This document shows, piece after piece, positions 1 to 14,905 of a DNA stretch of 64,000 bases. The notes under the pieces were generated by a model. It had not been told where the DNA came from, did not search any database, and saw only the letters and a list, made by a program, of their open reading frames with translations. Every line of letters begins with the position of its first letter. The first letter of the stretch is position 1. Location: assembly GCA_028534125.1 (NCBI GenBank), contig CM052817.1, forward strand, positions 103,232,001-103,296,000, given 5' to 3'. Both the position numbers and the translations under genes were made by a program. This stretch comes from Lama glama. Lineage: Eukaryota.

Positions 1-3000
1 GATGGTTACAGAGCTCCTCATCACAGCAATGAAAATGCTCTAAAAGTGACGGCGCTGATGGCTGCACAGCACGGGGAATACACTAAAACCACTGAGTTTT
101 ACCCTGTAATGGGTGAATTGTTCAGCTGTGATTATCTATCACAACAAACAAAACTTATTGTAATAAATACACTGTAATAATAATAATAGCAAAGATTTTC
201 AGCCATGAAAATAAAAGAAGCAAGTTTTAGGATACAGCATTTAGGATAGTCATTAGAATATGACTCTGAAATCTCGGAAGAAACTTTGACGTCAGTTCAA
301 TTATACTCTTGATTATAATGTATCACAAAAAATCAAAAGAACAGATGAAAATGCGATTTGAAGCGTGAATTATAAGGGGCTATTGACCTCCTCTGTTCAG
401 GTTATTAGCAAACCAGGAAACAAAACCCCCAGGGCATCTACTGTAGATTTAAATTTTGTTCAACCATTAAACCATTGTCATATTAATAGTAACGGCAAGA
501 TTTTGGAGCTGGAGCCCTAAGTGTCTATTTCAACTTCCAGATTTTACAAAAATAGACTTCTCCAACATTCTTCATACCATGCCACACAACTTCCCCACCA
601 GTATGCAAACATTAGTTTTTATTTAACGCATTTCTAGTAAGTTGTCTTCTGGAACACATGTTTCATGGCCTCGATTATGCAGACATTTTTATCTTAAATG
701 TCTTACACCGTCTTCTTTTCAAGCTTAGCTCACTTGAACCTTTGCTGTAATGGTAGGTGGTGATGGGTTCCTTTGTGATAGACACACATCATAAACCACT
801 CACCCTTCAGCTTCTTCAATGCCTTGTCTAAATAGGTACACAGAACTATGAAAGGATCAAGCAGTAATCTAAATACTCTTCATAATCACCATTCATTTTT
901 AGTTCTTTCCCAGTGCTAGTCTTTTTAAATCTGAGCTCAAATTTGGTGTCTCTGCACTTCTGTTCAGGACCAAGAATTTCCCAATGTCTGCTCGTTTCGA
1001 ATCTTGAAAAGAGGAGGAAGTCTGGTGATTTCCATTCCAGATTTCAAGACAATAATTATTGCAAAGAAAAAGAAAAAATGTCACAAGAATTTTTAAAGAC
1101 ATAGACAGTTTTCTCCTTTCCATTTTTCACCTTGCCAAATTTCTTAGCTTTCCATATTGAAGCTTTCCTCTTCAGTAGAGATAATCTCTTCTTCTGTGAT
1201 ATGTTTGAAAGTTTGTATCTGAATTCACATGGTATCATGTAACAGGCCAGAATCATGTAAGGTACACACATCCCCAACACTGAATTATGTATCAGGAGAA
1301 GTCTCTGTACCTATGAGAATCATAAAGGCACCACAAAAGGAACCAACCATTTACAGAGGTCATGCAAAATCTGAAGAAGCAAATTAACATCTAAGTAAAC
1401 AGTGGACGAACAAGGCTGAAAACGTTCGCCCTCATTATGATTAACACATTTTCCTTCTCTATCACAAATAAATTGACTCAAAACACTTGTATCATGTTCT
1501 ATAAAGAAGCTTTACTAAACCTTTAATAAATATATCCTATTGATGAAAATGAAGTTACATTCTTCCAAAGAACTGATACCAAAAATGAAATAATCTATAG
1601 ATTCATCACCTTCCCCTACCTAGTGTTTCCTCGTTATCCCACTGTCACCACCCTCTTCTACGTCCTCATCGAATTATGCCACTGGTATTTCAACAGCCTC
1701 CTGGCCATCCTCTCTGCGCTCACATTTAATACATCTGTCTTGATGACAAATTAAGTAACTGTACTGAAACACCACTTCTTATAGTCACCCTTATACTTAA
1801 AAGCCCACAGAAGCCCCTATTACCCACCACCGTATCTAAGTGTCTCTGTCCAGCTTTCAGGGTCTCATATATTGTGGTACCACCCAGTCTTTTCAAAGAC
1901 ATTTCCTGTTCCCCCAAACATGGACCTCCCTCTACTCAGATAGGTGAGTATTTCACATCTCAAGAAAGGAAATTCAGGGGGAGTATAAGGGTTGGAGAAT
2001 CCTAACAATCCTCATTATTTATTAAATGATGTTGTATACCATCAACTATGTAAAATATGGTACCCGTGCTATCTCACTCTCTCCCCACATAAACCACGTG
2101 TGATAGACTTCCTGATTTGACAGAATGAACACTGAGCCCAGAGAAATTAACTATCTTCTGCAAGGTCTCTAAGCACAGCTGACAATCTGTCTGTCTTACC
2201 CCAACACTCACATTCTTGCCCACATGTTAAACTTCTCTTACAGTGAAAGTGTCCACTAGACAGATGAATGCGCAAATCTGAAGCTCAAGGGGAGAAACCA
2301 GAGCTGTATTTTGCAGTCTCTGGCCTTCAGTTTGCTACAGCTGTCTCTACGAGTGAGCTTGTCCACAAAGAATGGCTTATGCAAGAAAGAGAAAGAAGAG
2401 AGAAAAAAAGAACAGAACTCCGAGCAATGCCACCACTTTAAGGGTGGAGAGAAGAAAAAGGGGCCTTGAAAAAGACTCGGAAGATATGAGGAGAGCCAGG
2501 AGAGCCATCCAGCGCAAGTCAAAGAAAAGGAATTTAAAATTAAACTAGGTCAAGTAAGATAAAGTTGAAAACCACTCACTGGAATTGTTGGCTAAGAGCT
2601 AGGGTGACTCAGAATGTACCATCCAAACCTGAACAGTTTTGAGAAAGGAAGAGGGCTCCATTAACAAACACCCCAGGACCACAGAATCTCGTCCCCATGC
2701 AAACCAGGACACAAGGACACCCTGTTAAGAAGTCACCAGGGCCCTTCATGCCAACAATTGCAACACAGAGATGCAGTGCAAGCCACACTACCATGTGTTT
2801 GGAACGAATGTTCAATGAAGAGGTGGAGATTAGTCTTTCAAGAACCTTGGTTTGACCGATGGGTAACAGAACATTAGTGTTGGAGGGGCATCCACCCTCC
2901 ACTCACTCCTTCTTCCTCTGTCTGGCTCCTGCCTCCCCCAACAGCACCAGTCAACTCCAACCAGCCCACACACAGGATAACCTTTACCGAGTCCTCTGCT

Positions 3001-4975
3001 TCATCCAACTTCACAGAATCTGGCATTGTCCTTTGCCTCCAGCCCTTGAAACTCTCTCTTCCCTTGATTTCCATGGCACTGAATTGTATCAGTTGTCCCT
3101 ATTTTCTCTGACTACTTCTCTGCTCTCATCTACCACCGCTAACTTTAAAATCATCAACACATCCTCAGGTTCTGCCCTGAGACACCTTCTCTCCTTTGTT
3201 TTCTTTCTCCCATGGTCTCACCTACAAGCACCGCCTTCACCTTCACCTTCACCAGTCACACAAGTGAGTCTGAAATCTTTTCATCTGTCCTCAAAACTCT
3301 CTCCTTAAATAGAAGATCCTCATGTCAAACGAAGGACCACACATCTCTCTCTGGGCGGTTGGTCCACAACACGGCACCAAACCTGTCAAAAATACACGTT
3401 ACTTTCTTTGTAAACCAGAAACTGGTAAGTTTCCTTTTCTACAAAATGCCAAACAGATGACGTCTAAACCCTCAGCCTGGCATCCAAGGGCATCATGATA
3501 CAGCTAAAGCCTACCTGTTGAGACTTCGCTTCCTCTACACACGCAGTAGGCTCTATGCACAAAGTGTGCTGTCAGCATTCGATGCACATTATAGGGGAAC
3601 CCACTCTTAGAGAGGTGGGGTTATAATGTTAAGGACTACTGCTTCTTCTAGAATTCTTCTAGAATTCTCCCTTTATCTTATGCTGGCTAAGATTCCGGCC
3701 AATCGGGCACCACTTTTTCCATTGGGACTTCCTGGTATTCCTACTGAGTGTCCTCCTCCATTCTTTAATCTCAAACTCAGCTCTGTACTTCTAAGACACT
3801 GCCAGCCATTAAGACATATTCTCTCTTGATTATCATTAACATGTACAGAACATAGACATTATCCTTCCTACTACATTGGAACCTCCTTAAAAATAGAGTG
3901 TGTCTCTTAACAGATACACAACAGATATTCACTATTTAGAATGGATAGTTATTTGTATTAGAGATGCATTTGACATCTTTCCACTTCCTACTTGAAAATC
4001 CATTATGTTTGTCCCCCTCACGTGTAAAAGAAAAACTGACAACTATTCATGCTCTAACATATGAAACACCCCCAGTAATCACTATTTTAAAAATATATCT
4101 CTAACTATATAGTTTATGGACATACCATGTGAGAGAACATTTTATCAAATGGGTTCATTTTTAGGTTCATCAAAATGAGTGTGATCATGTAAAGGTGCAT
4201 ATTTAGGCAATTAAATTGGTATAACAGAAGCAAGCTCACAAGCAAAGCCCTTTAGTTCCTAGTGTCATAGCCTAGAATTATGAATTACTAGTTGGCTATA
4301 ATGGGCAGTGATCAGAAGGAAAACTTCTTAGTCACTGATTAGTTAAAACAAGTAATGCCAGCAAACCTATTTTTAACACCTCAGTGAATGTCACCCGGTA
4401 TTCTTCGTCTAACAGAACTGTACCTTTAATACGGCTAATGCCAGATGGTCCCCTCAATAAAAAAACAGCAGGAGGCAACATATTAATGCTACTCAACAAG
4501 CAAGTCGGCAGACGCTCAACCAATGAAATTAGCCTTCAGTTGCTAAGCCATTCTGTCCCCATGGCAACCCCTCCTTCAGAAAAAATACTGGATTTTCAAG
4601 ATAAATGGGCCACCCATCTTAAAACTGCAGCCTCCTCCAAGCTTATGACGACCAGATACTTTAGCTAAAGGAACTGTTTCAATCTTCTCACTCATCTCAA
4701 ATCAGGTCTACCTATGAAACGCCATTTGCCCTCCATATAAAGTATTTATTTACACTCAGTTTCTAATTTTACTGATTTCCTAGATAAACACACTCCATTT
4801 AAAGGTGTGTGTATGTGCCTCGCTTGCAGGCTAATTATCCTAAATATAATGACAAATGTTACTGTCTGAGAAATTCTTCACTGGTACATACTCATAGCAG
4901 TTTGATATTAATATTATAACTGATTAGAGGCTAATCAAAGAAGCAAATAATGTGGAAAGACCAGAACGACATTCT

Positions 4976-5200
4976 ATTTTTACTATTGAGTTATAGTCAG
5001 TTTACAATGCTGTGTCAATTTCTGGTGCACAGCACAATGTTTCAGTCATACATATACATACATTCATTTTCATATTCTTGCCCACTATAGGTCACAAGAT
5101 ATTGAATACTGTATAGCATGGGGAACTATAAAATACTGTGTATCTATTTTATATATAGTGTGTATCTGCAAATCTCCATCTTCCAATTTATCCCCTCCCA
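4976..5200 (-). mobile_element. LINE-1 extreme 3' fragment
   Basis: Similar to the L1 3' UTR at 11700-11960; TSD CAGAAYGACATTCT at 4962-4975 and 5201-5214. Confidence 0.88.
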
Positions 5201-8200
5201 CAGAATGACATTCTTATTGTTAACTAAGTTATCTAATATGAGTGCTCGAAGTAACACTTAAATCTAATTTCTAATACAGCTCCATTTTTATGTCGAAATG
5301 ATCATTTTCCCCAAGGGAGATGATCTTGTTTTACCTGATGAAAATGCCGAGAATCTGACATGATGTTTGGAAATTCACTGTCGAATCAGGGATAGTGGCG
5401 TAGAGAGGAGGCTTACTTTAGAAGCAAGGAGAGAGGGTGTTTTAGAGCACGGCAGCGGCTCCCACTCAAACTACATGGCAAGAAGGAGGGTTCTCCAAAA
5501 GCAAAGGGGGAAAAGCAAGAAGAAAGGAAACAGTTCAGAAGGAAATGAAGCAGATGGTGTTCACTGTACTCACTTTTTTGTATTTATTCAACAGTGGAGC
5601 TATATAAATATATATATTCATATCTTGGTTTTGCAGCTTATAGTCTCTCAGATAAGTGAACAAACCACTATTCTCTCTGTGCCTCAACTTCCTAATTTAT
5701 AGAATGGGGGTAATAATAGTACCAACTCCATAGGGGTTGAGGATTAGATGAGTTAAACCTTTGAACAGTGCTTGACATATACTAAGCATTATTTAAGTGT
5801 GGGGGAAAATTATATTCCTATTATGTTCATAACATTTAAATATTTTTGTATAGCCTTTCCAGTTCATCTTTAAACTTTATCTTCTACCTGACTTGTACTG
5901 TTTTTCAATGCTTTTTGTCTTCAAGTTTGCCTTACTTCCTTCTTCTATTTTAAACATTCTATTTCAGTCAATCTTTTTAACCCTCTTTGTTATCCTAACT
6001 TCTCATCTGAGGTTTCCTAATATTTGATGGCTCAGTTTCTATGAGCTATATCAAAGCCACGTTGTAGGAGTTACAAAGACGGACAGACAGACCCCAGGTA
6101 CAAATGGAGGTTGAGGCTGACACCAGCAGTTTCTACACCACGCAGGTCAGCTCAGCCCAGCTGAAGATGACTTCAGGAACTCACTCAGAAGTGGGATGCA
6201 ATTTATCTCCCAGAAACCAAAAACCTCACTGTGCAAATAACACATCTGATGACCTGCAAAGAGATTTTTTCCATGAAAATTGTGTTATATTTGAAATTTT
6301 AGCAGAAGAGTACACACACACAGACACACACACACGTGCGCTCTCTCCTACTTTTCCTTTCAAGGGAAGAGAAAAGAGAGAGCAAAGTAAATGGAACATC
6401 TCTGGGGTACCTCCTTTTCGTAGGGAGAAAAAGTTGCAATGGTCTTAGAATAACTGACTGGATAAAAGTCAATCTAGTTTTTTATTTACTTAAGAGAACA
6501 GAGGACTCTTCTTCCCCTGGGAACTTCCCCAATCCTCTGGCCCATACACGTGACTGGGGTGTCCCTCTGCTTCTGACGACTTCAGGCACCCATGGGCCTT
6601 GCGTGTCCTGGGCTGGTGTTCTCTAGGGTTTAACACTTCCCCAGGGGCCTGTCCAGTTCTCCGTATGAGAAAGACCATGTAATGTCTTGGAATGGCATCG
6701 AATGCACAACATTCATGATTTCAAGTTTTATCCTGAGCTGTCTATTTAGCTTCTAAGCTGGAGATATACTTAACCAAAAGCAAGACACATGAAATCTGAT
6801 TCACACTCTTTTCTTTTCCTTCTAATCCATTTATATAAGAGAACTTGGAAAACAATGCTAAAGTCACTTTTTATTAGTCTGGCAAAGAAATGGCTGCTAA
6901 TAAAACTGCCCAGTCAAATGATCATCAGAATTACTCACTGAGCCCTGATGCACACAGAACTCTCACCCCCGACCCCCACCCCTGACACCTGATCAGGTCG
7001 GGACTCCCACTCTTCCTGAACGCCCAAAGGTTATGACCATGCACAGACCAGGTGGGGAATTAAAGCAATTATCGGAATCATTCAGACCAAACACTCTCAC
7101 CTGGAATTAATATGGTCATCAAAGGGCAAGTTAAAGGGTAACCAAATTAACTATAAAATTACCTTGTCATTTCACTGTGTCATTAGCCCACTTCCTGCTC
7201 CTAAGAACACAGCCTTCTCACACAAACATCAGCCTGAAGACCTGGGCTTTTTTTTTTTTTTGCTTGCTTGCCTGTATCCTAACTATAAATTAACAGTCGA
7301 GTTTATCATCTAATCATCTTGATAGAAATTTCTCATATGGCCAAAACAAAAATTTCACCCGTATTTTATATATTCTTTAATTCTTACAATAATGCGTTCC
7401 ACTATTTTCTGTACAATAATTTAAGGAGGCACTTTATTCCAGGCGTAGTTTCTATACATATTTACTCTCTTAATACAGGCTATTTGTTAGGTATGCAATA
7501 TAATAATTCTTAGACCACTGTAATGTTTTCTAAAACATTTACAAATATGGAAATAAAGCTCTTTAAGAAACAGTATGCTGATTGTTGGCTTGGAAAAAAT
7601 CTCAACAAATACGTAATCCTCTTTAGCACAAGTAACTTTTTTTTGCATTAAAATTTAATGTAGACACATGACCAGGTCAACACAAGTACTATTTTCTGAA
7701 AGGAAACCTCAACCAATTTCAGTTATTTTTATATTCCATGCCCCTCGTCTCCATCAACACATGACTCATTGTGCTTGGCGAGCCCAAACCTCTAAAAACG
7801 GCCTTATAAACCGTGACCCCAAGGCCCTCTCCCAGTGTTTACACTCTCCTGGGATTGGGATCCCAATTTGGAATACACAAGCCAAGAATCTGGGATTTCA
7901 CTGCAGATGATCAGGAAGATGGGAGTTGCCTGGCTAATATTCCAAAAAAAAATTGCCTTTGTGTATTCTAAGAAGCGCTGTTGTATACAGCGTATATCTG
8001 ATCTTTGTGAATAAGTTCTTGTTTTGTAACTTATACGTAACTGCCCTTCTTCCTTGGACAACCTCTGGTTTTGCCAATCCTGAAGCAAGATTTGAGTACT
8101 CCAACCCACCACCCGAAGTCATCCACTACACAAAGCATCACAGAGCACAGAAGATTCTGTGCGGTCTCCATTCAGCATGTCTGTGATCGCCAAGGTTCTC

Positions 8201-11200
8201 GTAAGCCACCAGCCACTAAGTCTTTCTCTCCCTCCCTGACCCCCAACCCAGCCTCTGAAAATACGTCTCGCCTTTTGATTCAAGTTACCCCATTCCTCAA
8301 CCCTGAAGGCCCAGCCCTCAAAAAGGGTACCTTAGAACAGTCTCTCAACAAAAGCGTGTTTCTTCCTAGAGAGAAGATTCTATTGCCAAGAAAAACGTTA
8401 TTTTCTGTACATACTTCAGTGTGCTGAAGTGATTTATTTCAATCCTTTCCAGATTTTTTGCCAGTCACAACACTCTCCCGCCACCAGCCCCTGCCCCTCC
8501 ACCTCGAAACCCCTGCCCGTGTCAGGAAACTCTGCTGGAAGGAACTGAAAACACACTGATAAGTCACATTCCTGTACACTCCCACAGACTTCAGTCCCTG
8601 GAAATAAGTCACGACCCTCAATGGCCACAGAAGAAATAGTTATGTTTATCCCCCATCTGTATACATTGCTGGGGAATATTCTGGAAAGAATGCCCAACTT
8701 CCTGTATCAGGAAATGGGTTCTAGGCCTCCGAGTTTATGCAGCTCAGGCAGGTTGTTTAAAATCTCTCTGAAGCTCAATTTATTCATCTATAAAATAACC
8801 GTGTTCTTTCCAGCTAAGGAAAAAAACTATAATACAGTGTTTCACAAATTCCACATAACACTAATGAGGATTGAGTTTAACGTAAGGAGTAATTCAAAAT
8901 AAATTTACCCTAATCAAAAACGTGTAATTGGAAAAAATAAATACTGAAATATTTCTGCATAGTGAATCTCTCTCTCAAAAGCATCTGACAAATTATGTGA
9001 TCATTTTTCAAGTGTTGGACAAAAGCAGCTGGATGAATGTTCTGGAGTGGCCGCCACACGGGGAGAAGAGCTGTGAGCTGCGTTCTTTCAAGAACTCGGA
9101 CGACAGCACTGTTTTGTGGTGGTTCTTATTTTGTTGGTAAATACAGTTTCTGAAACGCATAATCGAAATAGGACACTAATTGAGTTGCATATAACTGCTG
9201 GATATTGGCCTAAAAAAAACAAAATTACTTGACATCTTTTTATTCCAGGCCTTCTAGAAAGTGTTCAATCATAGCTACCCAGAGCGGGAAAGAATTGGTA
9301 ATCAACTACTGCCTGTTACAACATAATGCGTATTACATGCTTAATATAGTTACAATTATATGATATGTAAACATATCACTTTAAATGCTTTATAACCATA
9401 TCATTATATATATGTATATGTATGTATATGTGTGTGTGTGTGTATCATAATCTCCATCCGGAATAGTTTTACCCTCATGATAAGTAAAATCAACCCCAAG
9501 GGGACAACACTCTAAAAACCATCTTCTAACACGGTGGAAATCTGGCACGTTAATGGAATGTAGTTATCTGTCACAATACTCATGGAATATTGCTATGTCA
9601 CCACTACTGGGGACAGTGTCAAGAAGACCCAAGAAGCGTGAAGGACCTCTTACTGGCCTACAAGGAAGTCCTCTCTTCTACTTCCCAGACGTGGCTCATC
9701 CTTTAGGACCTGCTCAAATCCCCGCCTCTTTCTGCAAGCCCTCCTTTGATGATCTCTCTCAACTTCCTGTAGAATCTGAGTTAACACCTTCACATTGGGT
9801 ACTTCGTAAAACACTGTTGTTTGTCGCTCCCTTTTGTAAGCATCCCTTCACTTTGCAGAACGTCCCTAGAATAGCAGGCACGGGGCTGTTTCTGGGAAGT
9901 AAAGCACATTAGGGCTCCAAACACAGTAACACATTTACAGTAATGAAAGACGCACTTCATACTGCCCTGCACTTCTCAAGAGTTTGATTTCCAAACGTGA
10001 ACTGGTTTAAAAGCATTTCTATCTGGTATTTCCAAATGCCTAGTGAATGAATGGCTTTCGTTTTCTCGGTGATTTGTCCAATTAGGGCGATTTATTCCAG
10101 CAAGTTGTTAGCAGGGCCTAACAATAATAAAGTGTTACTACCTTGGTCTGGGAACTGAGCACATCATGGAAAGAGTGGCAGGGGCCACAAGTGAGAGCCT
10201 TCTCCGCCTCCTGGAAATGTTGGCGGTGGGGTGTGTGTTTTGCTTATGCTACTGTCTTTACAGGGGCTATAAAAACATTGCCTTCGTTCTATAAATTTGG
10301 GGGAAAATACCAGCCAGTCACAGCCCCTCTACATTCATTCCAGAAACACATTCCTGTTCATTCCCTCTTCCTGACACCCAGGTCATAGAATTACTGCAAC
10401 CAATGACTCACCTTCAGTGTTAAAACAACAATAGAGGCAGTAAGAGCGTTACAATTATTTGGGAAGAAAGCTTGATGTTCCTGGAAGTGACAAAATACCA
10501 ATTGTATAAACTGAAACAGAGTCCAAAGAGAAGGGGAAATGTTTATCAGATCAGTAACAGGGACCCCCCCAAACTCCCACCTACCCTGCAATGTGTACCG
10601 ACAATGAAAAGCACACCCCAGAGTCTAGAAATAATGGGAAAGAGGCCTCAGAAATACTGAAAACAGTTTATCATACGGTCCATGGCTTGTGCCACGAGCG
10701 CAAGGCCTAGAGTTGTCCTCAGCATACGGCCCCCCATGGAGACACCTGAGGGACAATAATACCCTCTTTCAAGGAAGGTTCTGCAGGCCAGGCCCGTCAC
10801 CAGTGAGGAGCAAATGGGGAACTAACGTGGGTCTGAAAGGCAGTAAAACTGTGCATAATTCGGGCATGTGAACCAACCTCCCGGGATACTGACGGACCAC
10901 CGTACAGATGTGCCCAAAATGTGCATATTTTAAGACTCAAATTGTTCCTTCTACAGCTCCAAAAAAACCTCTTAAAAAATAACCCCCTTACAAAATAAAC
11001 ACCTCAAGTTACCTGTCCTATTTACAGTGTAGCTCTTCTAAAGTACTCACTAAGACTTTCCAAACCATAAATAACAGCACAATACCAGCATAAATAGCGA
11101 TTCATGTGCACTTTCATAGGGAATTACGATCATTGTGACAAGATCTTTTGAAAAAAAAAAAAAAGAAAATTTTATATTTCTAACTTTTCTTTTAAATACT

Positions 11201-11689
11201 TCTTTTCAACAGTAGTCTGACTCTTCCTGCATCTTTAAGTCCCCAAAGAGATAAATATGATCCGATTCCTCCCCTGTGATAGGTATGAAAAGCTGTCGAT
11301 TTAGGACCAAACTGGAGCTTGTGTATACTGGGAGCCGAGGAGTAAATGGCTGACAATGAGTCGGTTCATGTCCCAGTGGATTATGAGCCACATTTATCAG
11401 ACAAAGGCCTCCCGGCTGATATCCAGACAGCTTCTTCTAATAACCAAACAGGACAGGGAAGGAAAGGCGGGCGGTGAGAAGAACACACAGGGTCACCTCC
11501 ACCCGTCAGGTTCTCCAAACCCGCCTCAGAGGGTACCTATTCGAATCTTCATGAAAGTAAAGGCAAATCTGGCCAAATATTTAAAATCCTGGGGGAATAT
11601 CAGACCATATCAGATCATAGGTCAAGAGGACAAAAATAGCCCAAGAAAACTTTCTAAAGGAAGAAACTTTTGAGAAATGATTTGTTTTG

Positions 11690-14600
11690 TTTTGTTCTTT
11701 TATTGAAGTATAGTTGATTTCCAACATCTCAGGTGTACAGCAAAGTGGTTCATATATATAAATATATATATATATAAATATATATATATATGTATATGTA
11801 TATATCTATTCTTTTCCAGACTCTTTTCCATTACAGGTTATTACAAGATAGTGAATATAGTTCCCTGTGCTATACAGTAGGTCCTTGCTGTTTATCTATT
11901 TTGTATATAGTAGTGTGTATCTGTTAATCCCAAATTCCTAATTTATCCCTCCGTCCCCCTTCCCCTTTAGTAATCATAGTTTGTTTTCCATGTCCATGAG
12001 TCCATGTGTTTTGTAATAAAGTTTATTAGTATCATTTTTTAGATTCCACATATGAGTGGCATCATATGGCATTTTTCTTTCTCTTTCTGACTTACTTCAC
12101 TTAGTATGATAATCTCTGTGTCCCTCCATGTTGCTGCAAATGGCATTATTTCATTCTTTTATATGGCTGATTAGTATCCCATTGTGTGTATACACACACA
12201 CATACACACACACACTGCAATTTTCTTTCCCATTCATCTGTCAATGGACATTTAGGTTGCTTCCATGTCTTGGCTATTGTATATACTGCTGCTATGAACA
12301 TGGAAGTGCATGTATCTTTCTGAATTAGTTTTCTCTGGATATTTGCCCAGGAGTGGGATTCCTGGATCATTTGGTAACTCTGTTTTTAGTTTTTTAAGGA
12401 ACCTCCATACTGTTCTCTGTGCTGGCTACATCAATTTATATTCCCACCAACAGGGCAGGAGGGTTCCCTTTTCTCTATACCCACTCCAGCATTTTTTGAT
12501 GACGGCCATTCTGACTGGTGTGAGGTGACACCTCACTGTAGTTTTGATTTGCATTTCTCTAATAGTTAGCGATGTTGCACATTTTTTCATGTGCCTGTTG
12601 GCCATCTGTATGTCTTCTTTGGAGAAATGCTTATTTAGGTCTTTTTTAACCCATCTTTTGATTCAGTTGTTTATGTTTTTTATATTGAGTTGTATGAGCT
12701 GCTTGCATATTTTGGAAATCAATCCCTTATTGGTCCAATGGTTTCCAAATATCTGCTCCAATTCTGTAAGTTATCTTTTCATTTTGTTCATACTTTCCTT
12801 TGCTGTGAAAAAAGCTTTTAAGTTTAATTGGTTCATTTGTTCATTTTTGCTTTTGTTTCCATTACTCTAGGAGATGGATCCAAAAAAATAATGCTGTGAT
12901 TTATGTCAAAGAGTGTTCTGCCTATGTTTTCCTCTAGGAGTTTTAGACTATCTCATCTTACATTTAGGTCTTAATCCATTTTGAGTTTATTTCTGTATAT
13001 TTTGTTAGAGAATGTTCTAATTTCAGTCTTTTACAGGTAGCTGTCCAGTTTTCCCATCACCACTCATTGAAGAGACTGTCTTTTCTCCACTGTATATTCT
13101 TGCCTCTTTTGTCTAATTGACCATAAGTGTGTGGGTTTATTTCTGGACTTTCTATCCTGTTCCACTGATCTGTGTGTCTGTTTTTGTGCCTCTACCATAC
13201 TGTTTTGAGTACTGTAGCTTTGTAGTATAATCTGAAGTCAGGGAGCGTGATTCCTCCAGCTCCGTTCTTGTTTCTCAACATTGTTTTGGCTGTTCTGAGT
13301 CTTTTGTGATTCCATACAAATTTTAATTTTTTGTTCTAGTTCTGTAAAAAAAAATGTCATTGGTAATTTGATAGGGATTGCACTGAATCTGTAGATTGCC
13401 TTGGGTAGTGTGGTGATTTTAACAATATTGATTCTTTCAATCCAAGAACATGGTTATATCTTTCTGTCTGTTTATGTCATCTTCAGTTTCTTTCATCGGC
13501 ATCTTATGGTTTTCAGAATACAGGTCTTTTGCCTCCTTGGGTAGGTTTATTTTTCCTAAGTATTTTATTCTTTTTGATGTGATGGTAAATGGGATTGTCT
13601 CCTTAATTTCTCTTTCTGATAGTTCATTGTTAGTGTATAGAAATGCAACAGATTTCCATATATTAATTTTGTATCCTGCAACTTTACCTAATTCATTCAT
13701 GATCTCTAGCAGTCTTCTCATTGCACCTTTAGGATCGTCTGTGTAAGAAATGTCATGTCATCTGCAGAGTGGTAGTTTTACTTCTTCCTTTCCAATTTGG
13801 ATTTCTTTTTCCTTCTCTTCTCTGACTACTACGGCTAGGACTTCTAAACCTGTGTTGAATAAAAGTGGCAAGAGCGGCATCCTTGTCTTGTTCCTGATCT
13901 TACAGGAAATGCTTCCAGCTTTTCCCCACTGAGTGTGATGTTAGCTGTGGGTTTGACATATATGGCCTTTATCATGTTGAGGTATGCTCCCTCTATGCCC
14001 ACTTTCTGGAGAGTTTTTTTTTTTTAATCATACAGAGATGTTGAATTTTGTCAGAAGCTTTTTCTGCATCTATTGAAATGACCATATTCTTCAGTTTGTT
14101 TTTATTCTTCACTTTGTTATGTAGTGTATCACATTGATTGATTTGTGGATATTGAAAAATCCTTGCATTCCTGGGATAAATCCCACTTGATCATGGTGTA
14201 TGACCCTTTTAATGTACTTTTGGAGTTGGTTTGCTAGTATTTTGTTGACGATTTTTGCATCTATGTTCATCAGTGATACTGGCTGTGAATTTATTTTGTG
14301 ATATCTTTGTCTGGTATCAGGGTGATGGTGGCCTCACAGAACGAGTTGGGAAGTGTTCCTTCCTCTGCAATTTTTTGGAACAGTTTCAGAAGGAAAGGTG
14401 TTACTCTTCTCTAAATGTTTGGTAGAACTCACCTGTGAAGCCATCTGGTCGTGGACTTTTGTTTATTGGGAGTTTTTTAATTACTGATTTAATTTCAGTG
14501 CTGGTAATTGGTCTGCTTCATATTTTCTATTCCTTCCTGGTTCAGACTTTGGAGATTGTGCATTTCTAAGAATTTGTCCATTTCTCCTAGGCTGTCCATT

Positions 14601-14905
14601 TTATTGGCACATAGTTGCTCACAGTAGTCTCTTATCTTTTGTATTTCTGTGGGGTCAGTTGTCACTTCTTTTCACTTCTGATTTTATTGATTTGGACCCT
14701 CCTTTTTTTTCCCCTAGATGAGTCTGGCTAAAGGTTTATGAATTTTATCTTTTTAAAGAACCAACTCTTAGTCTCACTGATCTTTTCTATTTTTTTAAGT
14801 CTCTATTTCATTTATTTCTGCTCTGATCTCTATCATTTCTTTCCTTCTACTAACTTTGGGCTTTGTTTGTTGTTCTTTCTCTAGTTGCTTTAGCTGCAAG
14901 GTTAG
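11690..14905 (-). mobile_element. LINE-1, 5'-truncated (ORF2 RT/C-terminal part and 3' UTR), decayed
   Basis: ORF2-like peptides such as KVAGYKINIWKSVAFLYTNNELSEREIKETIPFTI and [20 protein letters not shown]-rich tail at the left; multiple frameshifts. Confidence 0.95.

Noticed and set aside
3644..3668. TTCTAGAATTCTTCTAGAA as a heat-shock element
   Set aside because: The spacing between the two TTCnnGAA units is off by one base; it is better explained as a small tandem duplication.
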